This document shows, piece after piece, positions 1 through 10,292 of a stretch of 64,000 nucleotides of DNA. The notes under the pieces are model-generated. The model saw nothing but the letters and a program-made list of their open reading frames with translations, searched no databases and had not been told where the DNA came from. Location of the stretch: the NCBI GenBank assembly GCA_043228905.1, contig JBHGNT010000003.1, positions 16,988,001 to 17,052,000 on the forward strand, read 5' to 3'. Origin of the DNA: Azolla caroliniana. Lineage: Eukaryota > Plantae > Polypodiophyta. The first letter of the stretch is position 1; every line of letters starts with the position of its first letter. The position numbers and the translations under genes were made by a program.

Positions 1-3000
1 TGTAACAAGTTTCTCGGACCTCACACCATTTGCAGTTTGGAAGGAGACGATGTTCTTGCTTGGCGACAGGAGACATTTGCTTATGTGACACCAATCCAAA
101 CCGAGGAGGCATGGGGTGTACAACACTTTTGGTGGGAGGACCCAAACGCGAATTGAGTGGTCACTATATTTTGTCTTGATGTTACACACGAAGGTTCCGA
201 GGCAGGGCGATGTAGAACAATCGAAGCCAAGGAATTTATTGTTGCATACTTCGAGGTTTGGGGAACCTAGATGTTCCCACGTTTCGAAGGAGAAAAGGGT
301 TAGTGATGCTCCAGTGTCGATCACCGCTGTTAGAGGTACACTGTCGGCGAAGCATGGTAGGTGTGTTGTCACATCAATAGAGGTGCGTTGTGGTCTCTTA
401 CAAGTCACCGCCCTACTCCCTTGTTCATAGAGTTTGAATTGTTCTGGGAAGTCCACCTCTGTCGAGGTCTGCCGAGTGGTCGCATCCTCTTCCTAGCGTG
501 CGATTCGTTGCACTAGGCCTGCATCTCTTACGTCTGCCTGTTTTGGTCGGGTTACGAGAGTGGTGACATTAAAACACGAGATCGTGTCTCCATCCTCATC
601 GCGACACTTTGTACCAATAGGGTACATTGCATCGGTCGTGGCGAGGGCATGCACCCAATTCATCTCTGACGCATCAGAGGCTATGGATTGATCCTCTCTT
701 TCTCGTGCGTTCTCCGCCTTAGGATTAGTGGATTTTTGAGGAAACGGTTGACCGCTAGCCAAGATTTGGACTGTCTTTGTAAGGTTACACGCTAGGAGGT
801 TAGTCTCGAACTCGGTGGTTTTTGACCAGTCGTCCACGAGAGGGCTGCCTTCTTGTTCGTGCACCTTTTGTGTGTATGCTTTGATGCGGAAGGTTTTGTT
901 GTTTTTGCGCATGTAGATTGTATCATTCCCAAAATCCATGACGAGGTGGCTTACACGTAGGAATGGTCTCCCTAGTAACCACTCGTAAGCCACATGATTA
1001 GATGATCTTGTGACGACAAAGGTGAGATTGAACTCGACCCCGTGGATAGTGAAGTGGTGTGCAGGGATCATGCCTTCTGGCCGTTGGATAGACCCATCTG
1101 CCATTCAGAGTTTGACATCCGAAGGAAACATTTTTGGGCTCCCCCACTTACACCAACCTTCGTAGCTGACTATGCTTACCCCCGCTCCAGTGTCGATGAT
1201 CGCGTCACACGTCATGCCATTGACGCAAACGGGGAGAGTGAAACTAGTGTCGTCGCTTTCGAAGTGAGCTTCACATATATCGACCGGCGTTCCTTGGGGT
1301 TGTTTGGAGACTGTGGTCGTATGAGGGATGAGTGTGTCTATCTTTTCTCCATAACCCGCTGACAGGCCTCCATTGAGGTGCCGATGGACGTCATGCCATG
1401 GTTGGATGTCGAGTTGGAGCAGCTCTTCAAGTGTGAACTCTATTTCCTTAGCGAGTATAGGTTGTAGTTGGGGGTTGTCAGTCACGAAGGTGCTGGTGTA
1501 GCTCTGTACTTCGCGCAATGTGAGTCGTAATTTCAAATTTAATATTTGTTGGAGCAAGACCGTGTTGACTTCTTTGATTGGGGTAGATTGGGAGATGGGA
1601 GTGTCGGCTGGTGTTACGACAAGGGGGGGTGTACCCGTGTGTTGGGGTGCAGGATTTACCCATTCTTCAAGTTGGTCGAAGTTTAGGCTCGGAAGACTAA
1701 GCGATCTTTCGCACTGTCCGTGTCGGATGAGTTTGATGTACTCTTCGACCTTTTGTTTTTCAGCTACTGGGTTTGGGTATGCTGCTAGGTGTGCCGACAG
1801 CTCTTGGTTAGGGTTTATGGGTATTGTTTCTACATCTCCCTCCGGTTCTTGTTCTTGCTTTGAGGCCTGCGTGGATGCATTTTTTTTGGATTTTCGTCTC
1901 TTACGCGTAGTCGTGTGGAGGCCTTGGTCGTGACACTTTAAGTTATGAGCTATTCTCTGAGCTCGTGTGATGACGTTGGCGCCAACCGTTGATGGTACGA
2001 TAGATAACAAGTTTGCGCCAATCCTTTTCTTTTTTTCTGGGCAATCGGGTACTAAGTGATCTTTACCACACCCTAGGCATGATGCTTCTCTTTGGAACCA
2101 CTCGATAACGTCTTGTGACTGTTGAGTGAGACTTTGCACTGGTGGTTGTGGGGTTGTTTCGAGTGAGGGGTGTCGTGGTCGTTGTGCCATCGAGTTGTAG
2201 TATTCATGTTTGGTTGGGCACTCGCTAACCATGTGTGGGCCTTGGCAATTGAAACATTTCAATTTTGGCCTCCTTAGACCACTATTGTTGCGATATCCCG
2301 TCAACGGCCCTTGTTGTTCTCCTCTCAAGACGTAGACCGGTATTTGGTCACCTTCGAAGTCAACAAAGTGGGAAAGCACCTCTTCTTCAACACCATACCC
2401 CTGGTATGCTTCATATTCGGGGGTGCCCCCCCCAACCTGAGTTTGGTTATCGGTGGTATATTCTAGTTCAGCGAGGCGAGTGCCGATACGCGGTAGTGGG
2501 GGTTGTTGGGGCAGTATTGCTGGTAGTTGTGGGCGGCTTAACGGTGGAGGTGAGCGTGGGTGCTCTACCATTGGTGTTTGGCTATACCTTCCGTTTGGGG
2601 CTTGCCAACAGTTCTCTTGAGAATGCATCACGAAAGCTTTGCACCACTTACAGTATTGCGGCCGTCGTTGGTGGAGGAGGGGGCACTCATACCCCGTGTG
2701 ATGGCCGTGGCATACTGTACACCTTACATTTTCTCTTTGGGCGTATGCTTGGGGTCTTTCTATACGGGGTGGTCTCGGTGGCATCGGTAGAGTAGGGTCC
2801 GAGGGCTTCTCACGGTTGTTCGTAGGCGCTTGAGTGGGTATCCGTAACCCGCTCATTGAATCCTCGAAGGTCATCACTACCGTGCAAGCTTCAGTGAATG
2901 ATCGACACATCCTGACAATCAGGAAGTTTTGCAGCGTTGGATCGAACAACCCATTGATGAAGCGGCTCATCAATTTGTCATCTGACATCTTGTCGCTCGG

Positions 3001-4032
3001 GCTACAACAATGGTGTAGGCTTTTCGTGCAGCGTATGTAGTCCCTAACCGTCTCGTTTGCTTCTTGGTTGAGGGCGAAAAGTTGGTCGATCGGGTTCCAT
3101 TTATTCCCTCGACGAGCGAAGTTTATCAAGAAATCTTCGATGACATACCCGAAGTTCGCGACGATGTCTTCATTCAAGGTTCTAAACCAAATTACGGCTT
3201 GGTCATCAAGTGTAAGCCCAAATGCAGTTACTTTGGTAGTCTCTGAGAGGGGTTCATAAGCGCGGCATATTTGTTTGAACCTCTCGACGTGATCATAGGC
3301 GTCACCGAAACCGAGAAAACGGGGTACTAGTTTAGAAATGGAAGCACTCTTCCCGTTGTCGTTTGTAGGGTTTCTCGAATGGTCCGTAGGTGCTCGCCCT
3401 TTTTCCATCAATGCCACGAGGGTTTGGATGGATTGTAACGCTAGTGCGAATTCGGTGATTGGGGATGTCGAGGCAGTTTGGTCGGGTGTAGGGGTCGTGT
3501 CCATACGTGGTGGTGTCGGGTGTCGTTGCGTGTGGGCATCGTTTGGACTGTCGCTCGTTGTGGTCGAATGCGGCGCGGGGCTACGCTCATGGCCTCGACG
3601 GTGCATATGCGACGACGCTTCTAGGAGGTGAAGTTTTTGTTGCACTCGTGTGAATCTGTCTTTCCTTTCTGCCAAAGCAGCTTCGATATCTCGGGTGATG
3701 CTTTTCGGTTGTCCTCCTTTCGGGAGTTGTACCGCCCATATATTGATTTCTTGTTCTATCACCCATAACTCTTGTGCGGCATCCCGTATGTGTTGCTCTA
3801 CGTTGAGTGGGTATGCCATTGGGCTCTCATGTAGTGGGGGCGTGGTGAGAGGTGCTTTAGTTCCTAGGCTCGATGGGAGGTTCATGTTTGGTAGCGTCCC
3901 CGGAGTTAGCCACCCTCTGTGGTACCGAGTCGGGTTAGGTGGGTCAGCATCGTGTGTTTGGTTGGTTTGGGTGGACTCCTCCTGGCGTGTGGATCGGGTT
4001 TTAAACATCTCTGTCCATAAGGATCCGGCCAT
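1..4032 (-). pseudogene. gag-protease-protease polyprotein frame with two in-frame stops (TGA 1105-1107, TAG 493-495)
   Basis: ORFs 1105..4032 and 493..1104 and my translation of 1..492 share one frame. It contains a retrotransposon gag-like region (AVIWFRTL...LNQEANETVRDY), 4 CCHC motifs, protease 1 (AIIDTGAG...LLGRPFL) and protease 2 (AVIDTGAS...LLGLDWC). Confidence 0.85.
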
Positions 4033-4086
4033 GTTTTCTTGTCAAGCTTTTGTAGGTTCGTCGAACTTTAAATCTTTCGTTGAACT

Positions 4087-4522
4087 TTGAATCTTTCGTC
4101 GAATGATGAACCTTCGTCGAATGATGAGGGTTCATCGAAGGATGAACCTTCGTCGAATGATGAACCTTTGTCGAATGATGAGGGTTTGTCAAATGATGAA
4201 CCTTCGTCGAATGATGAAGGTTCGTCGAATGATCAACCTTCGTTGACGGATGAACCTTCGTCGAATGATCAACCTTCGTCAAATGATGTGAACCTTCGTC
4301 GAATGATGTGAACCTTTGTCGAAGGATGAACCTTCGTCGAATGATGAAGGTTCGTCAAAGGATGAACCTTCGTCGAATGATCAACCTTCGTCGAAGGATG
4401 CGAACCTTCGTCAAATGATGAAGGTTTGTCGAAGGATGAACCTTCGGCGAATGATGAGGGTTCGTCGAATGATCAACCTTCGTCGAAGGATGCTTCTCTT
4501 ATCGAACTCTGTTCTTTCGACG
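4087..4522. repeat. ~18-bp tandem repeat array (TCGAATGATGAACCTTCG / ...GAAGGTTCG variants) in the Gypsy 5' leader
   Basis: About 20 imperfect copies directly visible. They generate the periodic spurious ORFs (HHSTKV, SSNDEP). Confidence 0.95.
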
Positions 4523-4717
4523 AACTTTGCGTGAGAAATTTGAATTTTTTTGGCACCAACGGTCGTTTCGTGTCCCGTGGGATGATCGTAATCCATGAGA
4601 ATCGCGGTGGTTATGCTTCCCCTTTAACGGCTCAATCTCCACAATGTTTAGTGTTAACCGAACGAATAGCTTGTTGATGTCCGGGCGATTAAGAGGGGGT
4701 AGTTCAAAACTTCTTTT

Positions 4718-5023
4718 TAAAAAACAGAAAATCAACTTAATTAAACTATGAATTAGTGAGAAAAAACAGAAAATCAACTTAATTAAACTATGAATTAGTG
4801 AGAAAAAACAGAAAATCAACTTAATTAAACTATGAGTTAGTTAGAAAAAACAGAAAATCAAGTTAATTAAACTATGAATTAGTGAGAAAAAATAGAAAAC
4901 CAACTTAATTAAACTATGAATTAGTGAGAAAAACACAAAATCAACTTAATTAAACTATGAAATACTGAGAAAAACAGAAAATCGACTTTAATTAAACTAT
5001 GAAATAGTAAGAAAAACAGAAAA
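4718..5023. repeat. ~41-42-bp AT-rich tandem repeat (AAAAAACAGAAAATCAACTTAATTAAACTATGAATTAGTGAG), about 7 copies
   Basis: Directly visible tandem copies between the PBS and the 18-bp array. Confidence 0.95.
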
Positions 5024-5111
5024 TAGTGGTTCTCTTTTGATTTCTTCCTTCGTTAAGTGGGTTGCCTTCGAGTTTTCGACTACTCGAAATAGGCTTCAAG
5101 CGTAGGTCGCA

Positions 5112-5129
5112 TCCTCGACAGCGGCGCCA
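5112..5129 (-). promoter_or_regulatory. Primer-binding site TGGCGCCGCTGTCGAGGA (tRNA-Asp-like, Athila-type)
   Basis: Lies 6 nt inside the 5' LTR end. Resembles the TGGCGCCGTTGCCGGGGA PBS complementary to plant tRNA-Asp, with mismatches. Confidence 0.7.
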
Positions 5130-5135
5130 AATAGA

Positions 5136-5717
5136 TGTTAAGGATCTATGTATCGATGGAGTAAGCTCCTCGATGTCGTGGCGGGATTCGGACCGTTGTA
5201 TACCCTCTTGATGGCGAATCGGGCGGAGATGGTTGTCGGATACCTCCGAGCCTCACACTCACTCAACGATTAGTAAATGATTAAGCACGATATCTCTCTC
5301 ACTCTCTCAAGCTCTCTCTCATAGACAATAGATTAATAGATATAGACAATAAGAAGAAAGAGTATGTCTATTATTAACCCTCTTTGCTAAGAGGTCTAGC
5401 ACCAACAAGGAGAGAGATTAGTGTTCTCTAACTCAACACTTCACTAATCTCTCTTAAGCTCAAAGGTTACAAGAAGGAGGAGAGGAAGCTCTAGCTCTAA
5501 TCAATAGGAGATCTTTACAAATGGGAGAACCCCCACAAAGCCACTACTATGTGGTTTATATAGCTTTCACGTTTAGGGTATGGGCCTTTCACACTCTGAT
5601 GTCCTTTAGCCCTCTTTCCTCTTGTCATTCCCTCTTCGTAGGTCCTTTAACCATATTGTGTCCTTGTTGATGCGCTCTTCTTCACAACTAGTCGTGGTGT
5701 TATCCAAGGGCTTAACA
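5136..5717 (-). repeat. 5' LTR (582 bp) of the Gypsy element
   Basis: 7-bp inverted termini TGTTAAG/CTTAACA, adjacent PBS, and LINE sequence resumes at 5718. The partner LTR is outside the window. Confidence 0.85.
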
Positions 5718-7033
5718 GGTTCCCGTAATCTCTTCCATGCAGTGGCACAATCGCTACTCATGAGCATGTGGTAGAGTTCCCAATATTGGGATGCCTCCCA
5801 TGCTCGTCTCTTACGACGTGTCATCTTGCGCATTTCTTTACGAGCTTGTACTGAGGTAATACTACCACTGAGTTGCGATATTGTAAGTTGTCGATGTAAG
5901 CACCTACAATCCTCATCATACCATCTATTTTGTGGCATAGATCCTACTTTACCTTGATTGGAGTGTTTCGTGTATGGGAAACTGCTAACTGTTGCAGAAT
6001 GAAGGATGTGTGTGAGTTTCGTACTAAGGCTCTCTAAAGGTAGGGAGGGATCAAGGGAGGAGAGATGGGCTTGAACATGTCGAGCATATATGTCAGAGAG
6101 CTCATGTGTGAAATGTATTGTGATGTCATGGCGTGGTTGACTAGAGTTGGTGATGTTAGAGATATCACATTTTATCTCGAAGTATAAGAAACTATGGTCT
6201 GCGCCAATAGGACATGGGGCCACTCGGAAGGAGTTAATCATGTGGGTAGCTTCAGGGCGTCCTATTAAATAATCGACTGTGCTTTCCCCTCCTCCATGTG
6301 GGAAACATGTGAGCTCTTCTGAACCTGGCCACTTGGCTAAACCATTATATATGACCATCTGGTGCCGACTACCGAGTTCGAGCAAATGATGGCCAAAGCT
6401 CGTGGCGTCTGCACCTTGATCCTTTGATCTACGTGTGGTGTCTATGTCTGAAGGATCGACATTTACCATTTCTAGGTTTCTATTCATTTGAAATATTGTG
6501 CATTGTTGGGATTGGGTTCTCGCATTAAAGTCTCCTACAAGGAATACTTCGCCTTGGGAAGAATATCGGATTATGTCATCCGATAGAGGTTCATATGGGG
6601 AAGGCCCATGTGGCACTCCGTCATTAACTAATCTCGCCTTGCTAGCCAGATTATAACGAGAGACTTTCGGGGGGAAGTAACAAATGGCAAAAATTACTGC
6701 CTTGTCCTTGCTTGTGGAGACTTTCACCCACATAAAACGAGCTTCTGGGTCTGTGCTAAGTATTTCTATCCTATTATGTAGCTCCCTCCGAAACAATATT
6801 GTGAAACCTCCAGATCCCCTGGTAGTGCATCGACGTGAGGTTTGTCTAAAAGCCGACTCCCAACGGAATCCTTCGACTCGTGGGAGTCCCCTATTTGGGG
6901 TTTGGTGTGTTTCTACTAGGCAAACTATATCTGATTCCTTTAATATCCCCTCTAGGCGGCCGGGGTGTGTCCAGAGTGCGCCGTTACAATTCCATAAGGT
7001 CATCCTAATTGTGTTTTCTGTCACATGGGCCAC
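5718..7033 (-). pseudogene. LINE ORF2 N-terminal AP-endonuclease domain (truncated by LTR insertion)
   Basis: Motifs TLWNCNG, IVCLVETH, GSGG, CYFPP, VGDFNAR, STVDY, GADH, NRWYDEDC. The last ~36 aa of ORF 5606..7033 are read-through into the LTR. Confidence 0.88.
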
Positions 7034-7400
7034 ACGCCGTCAATTAGTAGTGCGATCATTTATGATCACTCGCCCATCTCGATAAAAGGCGCGATGCCTG
7101 TCTTTGCGAGCTTGCATAACCTTTGGCATACAACTCTTGCGATGCTCAATTTGCATCTTGGTGAGGTCTTCATCGAGATAGATAGGGTCCCCACCCAATC
7201 CTCGAAGAATTGGTCTCTTCTTAAAGAAAGTGATTCTAGAGTCTAAGTCTTTAAATTGAAGAACTAAGGCTCTCTTCCTAGTTGTGTCGCGTCCGGCCCT
7301 CCAAGCTTTGGTGATAGGTAGGGTCGTTGTGTACCCTAACATTTTCCCGAGTGTTTGTGCATCCTCGTCCGGGGATGCACCTTCCTTGAGCCCAGTGACA

Positions 7401-8090
7401 TGTTGAAATTCCGTGCTCGGCCACAACCGAGGAATAGGATCAACTCACAGAAAACAGGAAATACAAAATACACGAAGACTATAGAGAGAGGAGTACACAG
7501 GATATTTTACGTGGAAAACCCTAAATGGGAAAAACCACGGGAGTCCTCAAACTCCAACTATCACTATGAACAGGGATGTACAATGGTGAAGCTTCAAGGC
7601 AACAACCTTGAGCTCACTGTCTTCGCCACAGGCGGCGGCAATACACAGAGGCAACGACCTCTTCGTCTCTCTCTCTCTCTCTCGCTCGGCTGCACTCACT
7701 TCGCTCTCTCTGCTGAAAACATAAAATGAGCAACAACAACTACTGTTTGCCCTAAGTCATATTTATACACATATGACTTTCGGGCTATTTACAAATATAG
7801 CCTCAAGGGCTCTTGGCAAACATATTCACAAATATGTCCCCGCATCCGGATCTCTCTCCGGGTACATTCGTCATCCGGCTCCGTCACCGGGGTCTTCATC
7901 ATCCGGCTCCGTAACCGGGGTCTTCAGCATCCGGCTCCGTAACCGGGGTCTTCATCATCCGGATCCGTATCCGGGTACTCTTCATCCAGCTTCATGCCGG
8001 GTACTCTTCATCATCCGGTTCCGTAACTGCAACCGGGCTTGCCGTCATTCATCTCCGGACATCCCATCCGGAGGGACCGAAATCCCAACA
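7401..8090 (-). repeat. 3' LTR of Copia-1 (U3 carries CCGG-rich ~21-25-bp repeats)
   Basis: TG...CA termini, near-identical to 19771-20460. Confidence 0.96.
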
Positions 8091-8100
8091 AACTCCCCCT

Positions 8101-9310
8101 TCACTTCGGCATGGGATGTCTCTCCAACCCGACTCTCTTTCGGCACGCTCCCAGCTTGTCGGGTGTGAGCACTTTGGTCAGCATATCTGACCCGTTCTCT
8201 TCCGTGTGGATCTTCGTCAGCACGAACTCCTGGTCTTCTATCCTTTCCCGGATCCAGTGATATCTTCGCTGGATGTGCTTCGTCCGGGAGTGATAGGCCG
8301 CGTTCTTCGCAAGGTGGATGGCACTCTGACTGTCGCAGTAGAGTCGGTACTCCTCTTGCCGGATACCGAGCTCTCTAATGAAGTCCTTCATCCATATTAT
8401 TTCCTTGCCGGCTTCCACAGCCGCCATGTACTCCGCCTCCGTGGTTGACAGCGCAACCGTCTTCTGCAGCCTCGACTGCCACGAAACGGCTCCCCCTGCA
8501 TACGTCATCACATACCCTGATGTGGACCGGCTGGTATCTGCATCAGCCGACATATCAGAGTCAGTAAAGCCGTCGAGTTCGGGCTTACCGGAGCCGAATC
8601 GGAGGCACACGTTCGCCGTGCCCTTCAGGTATCGGAGTATCCACTTGACCGCGTTCCAGTGCTCTTTGCCGGGATTGCTCATGTACCGGCTCACCACTCC
8701 AACTGCATATCCTATGTCCGGTCTCGTACACACCATGGCGTACATCAAGCTCCCGATGGCTGAGGCATACGGCACTTTCATCATATCCTCCTTTTCAGCC
8801 TTTGTCTTGGGACTTTGCTTGCTGGACAGCTTGCAGTTTGCCGGGAGGGTTGACCCGACCGGTCTTGCTTCCGACATGTTGAACCGTTGAAGCACCTTTG
8901 TCACGTACTTCTCCTGTGACAGCCACAACTGCTTCTTCTTCCGGTCCCGGATGATGTGCATCCCTAGTATTTGTCTCGCCGGACCCAAGTCCTTCATTGA
9001 GAAGGTTCGGTGAAGAGCCTTCTTCAGCATCCGTATCTTGACCTGGTCCCGTCCGACGATCAACATGTCGTCCACGTACAGGAGGAGTATTAGAAAGTCT
9101 CCTCCTTCGAACTTCTTCACAAACACGCAGTGGTCGGACTGCGTTTTGAGGTACCCTTCGTCGGTCATGAAGGAGTCGAACTTCCGGTACCATTGCCGGG
9201 GAGCCTGCTTCAGTCCGTAAAGGCTCTTCTTCAACCGGCATACCAGGTGCTCCTTCCCTTTCTTCTCGAATCCTTCCGGTTGCTGCATGTAGATCTCTTC
9301 TTCGAGGTCA
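8101..9310 (-). CDS. Copia-1 pol C-terminal part (RT YVDD + RNase H)
   Basis: [50 protein letters not shown]. Joins in frame to 16876-19739 after removing the insertion and one TSD copy (1357 aa reconstructed). Confidence 0.93.
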
Positions 9311-9314
9311 CCGT

Positions 9315-9453
9315 TGTCGGGGTAGTTGTGGTTCGTGCGGCGAAGTCGCGGGGACTAAGGTTAAGGGGAGTTGAAGAAACTTAAGTTTAATAAGGCTTGT
9401 ATGGTGATGATAGAATGTTTAAGGATAGTAAGATGAAGAGTTACAAGTAATGT

Positions 9454-9520
<67 letters not shown>

Positions 9521-10292
9521 GAGCATAGATAAAAGATAGAGACAATGTGTGATTCAAGAAAGAAGATTGAGACAAAGTATGATTCTAGAAAGAAGATTGA
9601 GACAAAGTATGATTCAAAGAACAAGAGTATATGATATAAGCATGATGTATATTAAAAATATAATATTTTACCAACTTTACAATCCTTGATCGCAAGATGA
9701 ATCTTCTCAATACCGACCCTTGATTTGAACCCTCGACCTCCACTTTGAAACGAGAGGTTCTCCACCCAACGAGCTAATCTTCTTTACTTGCTTCTATTAT
9801 TTTCTCACTCTCTCTTCTTTGATTCCTTGATTCCCTTTTGTTTTCCTTTCCTCTCTTTTTATAAGTATTTCCATGCATATGGTAATGTCATGCATGTAAT
9901 GCATGAGTTTCATCTTATGCATGATCGCCATTTGGCGCACATGCATTGCATGTGATGCATGATAGCCATCATGCTCATTTGAGCTCCCATGTATTGGGAT
10001 AAGTATAATGATGGATATAACCCTAAAACAAATAACCTAGCTTAGTGGTGTATGGTTTGTGCTTGATATACAAGGTTGAGGGTTCAAGTTCCTCAATTTT
10101 ACTTAATACAATATATAGCTTCATTCTTATATCATGAAGCACATTTATTACACACTTTTACAAATAAATAGCCTAGCCTAGTGGTATGTACATTGTACAT
10201 CGTATATAAGGATGTGGGTTCAAGTCTCTCAAATATTATTAAATACAACATTTAAGCTCATTTTTATATCGTGAAGCACATTCTTCACGACA
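9315..10292 (-). repeat. 3' LTR (978 bp) of the nested Gypsy, with (GT)n(GA)n, 30-bp repeats, CATG cluster and tRNA-like modules
   Basis: Direct repeat of 15894-16875. Confidence 0.95.

Larger units (their letters stand above)
1..5717 (-). mobile_element. Ty3/Gypsy-type LTR retrotransposon, 5' half (continues off the left edge), inserted in a LINE endonuclease ORF
   Basis: 5' LTR 5136-5717 with TGTTAAG...CTTAACA termini, PBS at 5112-5129, gag-like ORF with CCHC knuckles and DTG proteases. The host LINE ORF breaks at ...RLREP exactly at 5718. Confidence 0.88.

Noticed and set aside
1102-1107. TGA-ATG as programmed stop/restart or readthrough
   Set aside because: It falls inside the protease domain (KL*MADG) and is best explained as CGA-to-TGA decay; a second stop at 493-495 also looks like decay.
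4001-4534. Periodic ORFs (HHSTKV / SSNDEP) as real proteins
   Set aside because: By-products of the 18-bp repeat; frame breaks in the array and non-ATG starts.
4087-5023. Regular repeat arrays as CRISPR
   Set aside because: Contiguous tandem units without unique spacers, no cas genes, eukaryotic retroelement context.
7040-7426. ORFs starting MWPSTEFQ (7040..7426 and 16812..19796) as true N-termini
   Set aside because: Both starts lie in the Copia-1 LTR and read through into unrelated frames. The 16812 ORF end likewise reads into the Gypsy LTR.
10031-10232. Functional tRNA genes in the LTR
   Set aside because: No acceptor stem pairing and atypical loop bases; reported only as tRNA-like modules.
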